A stretch of DNA of 64,000 nt from assembly GCA_964035545.1 (NCBI GenBank), contig OZ037765.1, positions 23,807,504 to 23,871,503 on the forward strand. The letters run 5' to 3'. The position numbers were made by a program, and so were the translations under genes. Position 1 is the first letter of the stretch. The number at the start of each line of letters is the position of its first letter. Positions 40,359 to 64,000 of this stretch are shown here, in pieces. The notes beneath the pieces are model-generated. The model was not told the DNA's origin. It saw only the letters and a program-made list of their open reading frames with translations, and ran no database searches. This DNA is from Bugula neritina. Lineage: Eukaryota > Animalia > Bryozoa.

Positions 40359-40892
40359 TGCTGAGGGTGAAGTAAATCTGTAACTAAAACGTAATATTTT
40401 AATGAAAGCAGACTTATTTGAGCATGTCACTTAACAAAGGCATCATTTACTAGTTTTGAAATTAAAATATTATGTACCTGCATGATGTTTTAAAATTAAA
40501 GAACAATTTGCCTAAGATCAATTGCTTTACCCTAAATCATAGTAAACAGTTATTATTATACTTACACTATCAGCTATGTACACACTTGTCCTTGTGAAAA
40601 TGTTAATACAACAACTGAACCTTAAGTCTGTCACACAATGCATCTGGTTCAGTTGCTACACAACCATTTATACAGTTTCTAAGAGCTAGGTCATCACCAT
40701 TCTTAGACGATGATGTGTATGAGGAAGCAAATGATCAATCATAAAAGGATAACAGCAAGTTACAATAGCTAACATGATAATAGGCCTATACAATTAAACA
40801 ATCTATAATAATCTATAAGCACCGGCAGTATCAAGGTGTTCATAATGGAGATTCTGCTAATGTTGCTAGAACAAGCTATAATAGGCACTATG

Positions 40893-40995
40893 CTTACTGT
40901 GTGTTTACTGTGTGTATGTACTTACTGTATGTGAGCTGTGTGTGTTTACTGTGTGTCGTGTGTTCATTGTAGGTGTGTGTTTACTGTAGGTGTAA
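40893..40995. repeat. Degenerate TG-rich repeat (tttactgtgtg-like)
   Basis: ttactgtgtgtttactgtgtgtatgtacttactgtatgtg... Confidence 0.7.
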
Positions 40996-41484
40996 ATTAA
41001 TATGTTGCAAGCATACATTGGTCTGAGAATATTTCAACAAGAGTCAAGGTGAAAAATGTATTAAATGTTGTATTTTATTATTTACATTGAGCAATGAAAT
41101 CTGTGGGGTTGGCTATCTTTGTGAACAGTAAACATATTGAAAGCTAACACTAGCACAGAGTTGCTACAATGTACAACAAACATGCACCATTATAGAAAAT
41201 TAGCATCTTTAAAACCACTTTATCACAAACACAACAAAATAAGTCTTTCTTTATCAGGAAGACAGATTAAGACTAAACTCATCAATAACTATTTCAAGAA
41301 AAAGTAAAACACTATACATATAAACCATATCAAGATTATGCACATTAACATAGCATAAAAAAGTATGAATTACAATGACTATTGCAAAACATTAAAATAT
41401 AACCACTTTGCTTCTAAAAAATAAACCTGTGCAAGCGCATAAATAAAAATATTAAAGAAGAGCGTCTTCCCAGTATAACTATAC

Positions 41485-41538
41485 GACTAAATACTGACTA
41501 AATACTGACTAAATACTGACTAAATACTGACTAAATAC
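41485..41538. repeat. 11-bp tandem repeat (GACTAAATACT)x~5 in HECW 3'UTR
   Basis: Perfect copies directly visible. Confidence 0.9.
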
Positions 41539-41594
41539 GGGTATAAGCAGAGGTAACAATTGTGTAATGCAATAAAAATATACTCTATAATAAA

Positions 41595-60688
<19,094 letters not shown>

Positions 60689-62219
60689 TGCTATATACTT
60701 GGGCTCCACATATCTACCAAAATGTAATTCAACAAAGTACATTAAATATACTAGAAAAAATTTAAACAACTGATAAAAATTCCTCTGCCAAAAGCTGATT
60801 AGATTATATGGTTTACTAATTACTGCACACATAGTAACATAGTTATATTTAATGATGTAGTTAATAATATAACTATAGTAACCAGTACTAGTAGGCATGA
60901 TTGCAACAGTTACTACACAGTATGTCTTGAACATGTTTAAAAGTTGATGAGTTTATTTAAAATAAAAACGCTTCTCACGATTTTTTTAAATTATTAAATT
61001 ATCTTTTGGTGCCATTGAATCTTACAAATTGAACCATCTAAGCTATAAGGTCAAGAGATTGCATAATACTATTTACTACTTTGATAGTTGACTCACTGAA
61101 AAATATTTGTTATGTTGTGTGACAGATGTTCACCTCTAATGACATTACCTATATGCAATATAACCTCTACAATGGGCATTACTAAACAGATTTATGTAAA
61201 ATAATTGTACAAAAAAAGTAATAAATAGACTAGCTGTTTGCAGTTATTTGGACACCCAACTAAACTATTACTAATTTATGAACCCTGATCACCAAAACTT
61301 CAAAGGCATACACAATCTAGTTTATACTGTTTATTCAAATAATTAGTCACTAAAGCATGCCTGCTCTATATACACACATACATGAGCAATGCCTTCTTAG
61401 GTCATCCCTTTCTATAAACACATGTTTATAATATAATATAATATAATAATAACACCAAATATTTATGAGATGACACTGGCGAAATACTATCCGCTCATTC
61501 AAACTAGTAAATATTTATAAACTATCTAGTGACTAAAAAACTATGTTATCCATTTTAGTGTTTGTTTGAGTTATAAGAAAGTCAAACTTATTTTCTTTTT
61601 TGTTTTGAAGGTTAAAATAATCTTAAAATTGGCACCAGCCTAAACCTTAAAATTTTAAACATATACATAGCTTTACTGTCCTACCATTATAATAATGTAG
61701 TAAGTAATCTCAAGTTACAATATACTTGTAATACAATGAAACTACAATGCCAGACTAATATTACAAACAAGTAGTCCGAATAAGAGAACATCAATATAAG
61801 TAGGCTCAAGAAAAAAAGCTTGAATGTTGCAAACCTACCAGAATAAAAAAATTAATTTAAAAATTTTTCGCTTAGTTTTAAATTGACTTTGTACAAAATA
61901 ATGCGCCATCACATACTAAAAATTGATGTTTGTTTTAAGTATCCATCAATTCGAGAACCAATTTTTTAACTGAGCTAAGAACTATGCGTCTCAGCATGCA
62001 GACAACATGGTTTTTGAGGGCTTTGAGCAACTATGACTACATGCCCTTCATGACATCACCAATGGCCTTGGCCTTGTGATTACTAGACCAGCACTTGAAC
62101 CACTAGACTGTGCCTACTTCTTAGCAGTACATAATGAAATACTAACATCAAACTTCAACTCCAAGTTGAAAATAAAGCTGCGAAAGATAAGAACTAAATT
62201 ATGAAACCAACACAGAATT

Positions 62220-64000
62220 TTAATATTGTATGTTGATTTTAACAATTTTTAAATATTAACATCATTATAATTATCATTTAATAATCATAGTAATTATTAC
62301 TATTAATAATAATAGTTCCATAATTATCAGCTACTCGTACTATATTCATATTGACAAATATTTCTATTTACAATGTTGATGTTTGCATTATTATATAACA
62401 ACTATGACTTGAAATTATAAAGATAATAACAAGTACTAGTATTTTCATAAATTAACTTCATTCACAGTTAGAATTAGGTTTAAACCTGAGCCGATAATTT
62501 TCACAGTGATCCTGAAACTCATTTTTATTATCAGGCAGGGTAAAAACCAATATAGCAAAATTATACTGGTATGTACCAATAATAGATTTCCATCATAGTG
62601 AATAAATAAACATGATGGTAGTACTTGAAGTTACTGTAATGATAACAATAAACAGCCACAGTGGCATTAAAAGCCATAAACATATACTTGAAGCAACATT
62701 AAACTCTATATGATTATCACTCATTAACCATAATATAATCCTTCCAAAATAAATATAATTATGGTTATCATGATGACAGATAAAAATAAAATCAAGCATA
62801 AGAATAATACAATAAGTAGAATTGAAATTCTTTCTAAACAATATCTTTGCTTTCAGACTTATAGATTAGATTGATTTTAATTTATTTTAACTTCAAATAA
62901 ATTGCAATATTAAATTTAATATCTATAATAAATTTAAAACAACACCTAGATTTAAAATTAGTCTTACACATTTATGAACTATAACCAAGACTGATCCTTA
63001 AACTTTTTAAGTTATAGTTACTATTGGGGTATACTCATGGGCAAAGCAGTAGATTCTAAGCCTGATTAACTTTAATTTTCATATAGTAAAAATTTAATTA
63101 GTGTATTAAAAATACATAAAAGTAATTTTTAAAATCAAATTATTACAATAAGCATGACTATAAACATATTATCATTTGGTCCACATTTGACATCAATAAA
63201 ATTTAAACACTAAATAATCATAATTTGAATAAAATATAAATTCCTAAATGTTATCATAAATCTTAATATAATTATTATAAAAAATGATAATAAATAGTAA
63301 GTGTAACTGTAATTATAATACTCATAGCAATATAGTTATACTTATTGACCATTGTTATACTAATAATAATATTAGTAGTATTTAACTATTTACTTTTACT
63401 GTCTGTGCAATAATTTATAATTATGACAATATATCAAATTTAATATATTAAGTTATATAATTATATTACTATTACTATTATTATTTAAAATTATTAATAT
63501 ATTTAACTTTATATTAAATTACATGAAATATTTATAAATATATCAACCATTATGATTACATATTAATTTATCCATATCAAATTCAATAACTATATCTAAT
63601 ATTTATTACTATGATTATGGTTATCATTATGATTATAACAAATTAATTTTAAAATTATTATTTCTACTAGAACTGATATCCACATTCATATTGATAATGA
63701 ATATTGAATATCAATATCAATATGAATATGGTCATCATAATGATAACCATTGTGAAAATAAATTGAATATGAAAACCATTATGAGTTAGAATTTACTAAT
63801 CATTGTTATTTCATATCATCATATCAATACAAATATTATAATTAAAAAATGGTAAGTCAAAGTGTAACACTAACTTATAGTTTTACTTAAAGTTTAGGTT
63901 TTTAAAAAAAACTTAAAGTAAATTCAAGTGTAAGATTAAGTTTAACATAAAAACACTAAGCTTTATACAAAGTTACCTAGTTCTATATTTGTAGAAAAAT
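62220..64000 (-). repeat. Long AT-rich 6-bp-periodic low-complexity tract upstream of the HECW first coding exon
   Basis: tatgat-tatggt-tatcat-tatgat-tataac (~63610-63639) and aatatc-aatatc-aatatg-aatatg (~63707-63730). Confidence 0.75.

Overview
AT-rich, intron-rich eukaryotic (metazoan, probably invertebrate) DNA. Six protein-coding genes can be spliced by hand with canonical GT-AG sites and consistent exon phases. In order: (+) the mitochondrial folate/FAD carrier SLC25A32, 7 coding exons; (+) an unnamed type I membrane protein with a degenerate C-type-lectin-like domain, Thr-rich stalk and motif-rich tail; (-) an orphan ~345 aa Ser/Lys-rich protein; (-) a LOTUS + multi-Tudor germline protein (TDRD7/Tapas-like), 26 coding exons; (-) a divergent profilin with an intronless CDS; (-) a HECW1/2 (NEDL)-type HECT E3 ligase, 31 coding exons. 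Introns carry non-autonomous foldback/MITE elements with readable target-site duplications, a decayed tRNA-headed SINE, minisatellites and two short hairpins. The most unusual signals are (i) 0.4-2 kb tracts of 6-bp-periodic low-complexity DNA concentrated next to the apparent promoters/5' introns, and (ii) a candidate internal promoter in HECW (E-box, TATA-like, Inr, in-frame ATG) predicting a short WW2-HECT isoform. All calls come from manual reading; no database search was run.
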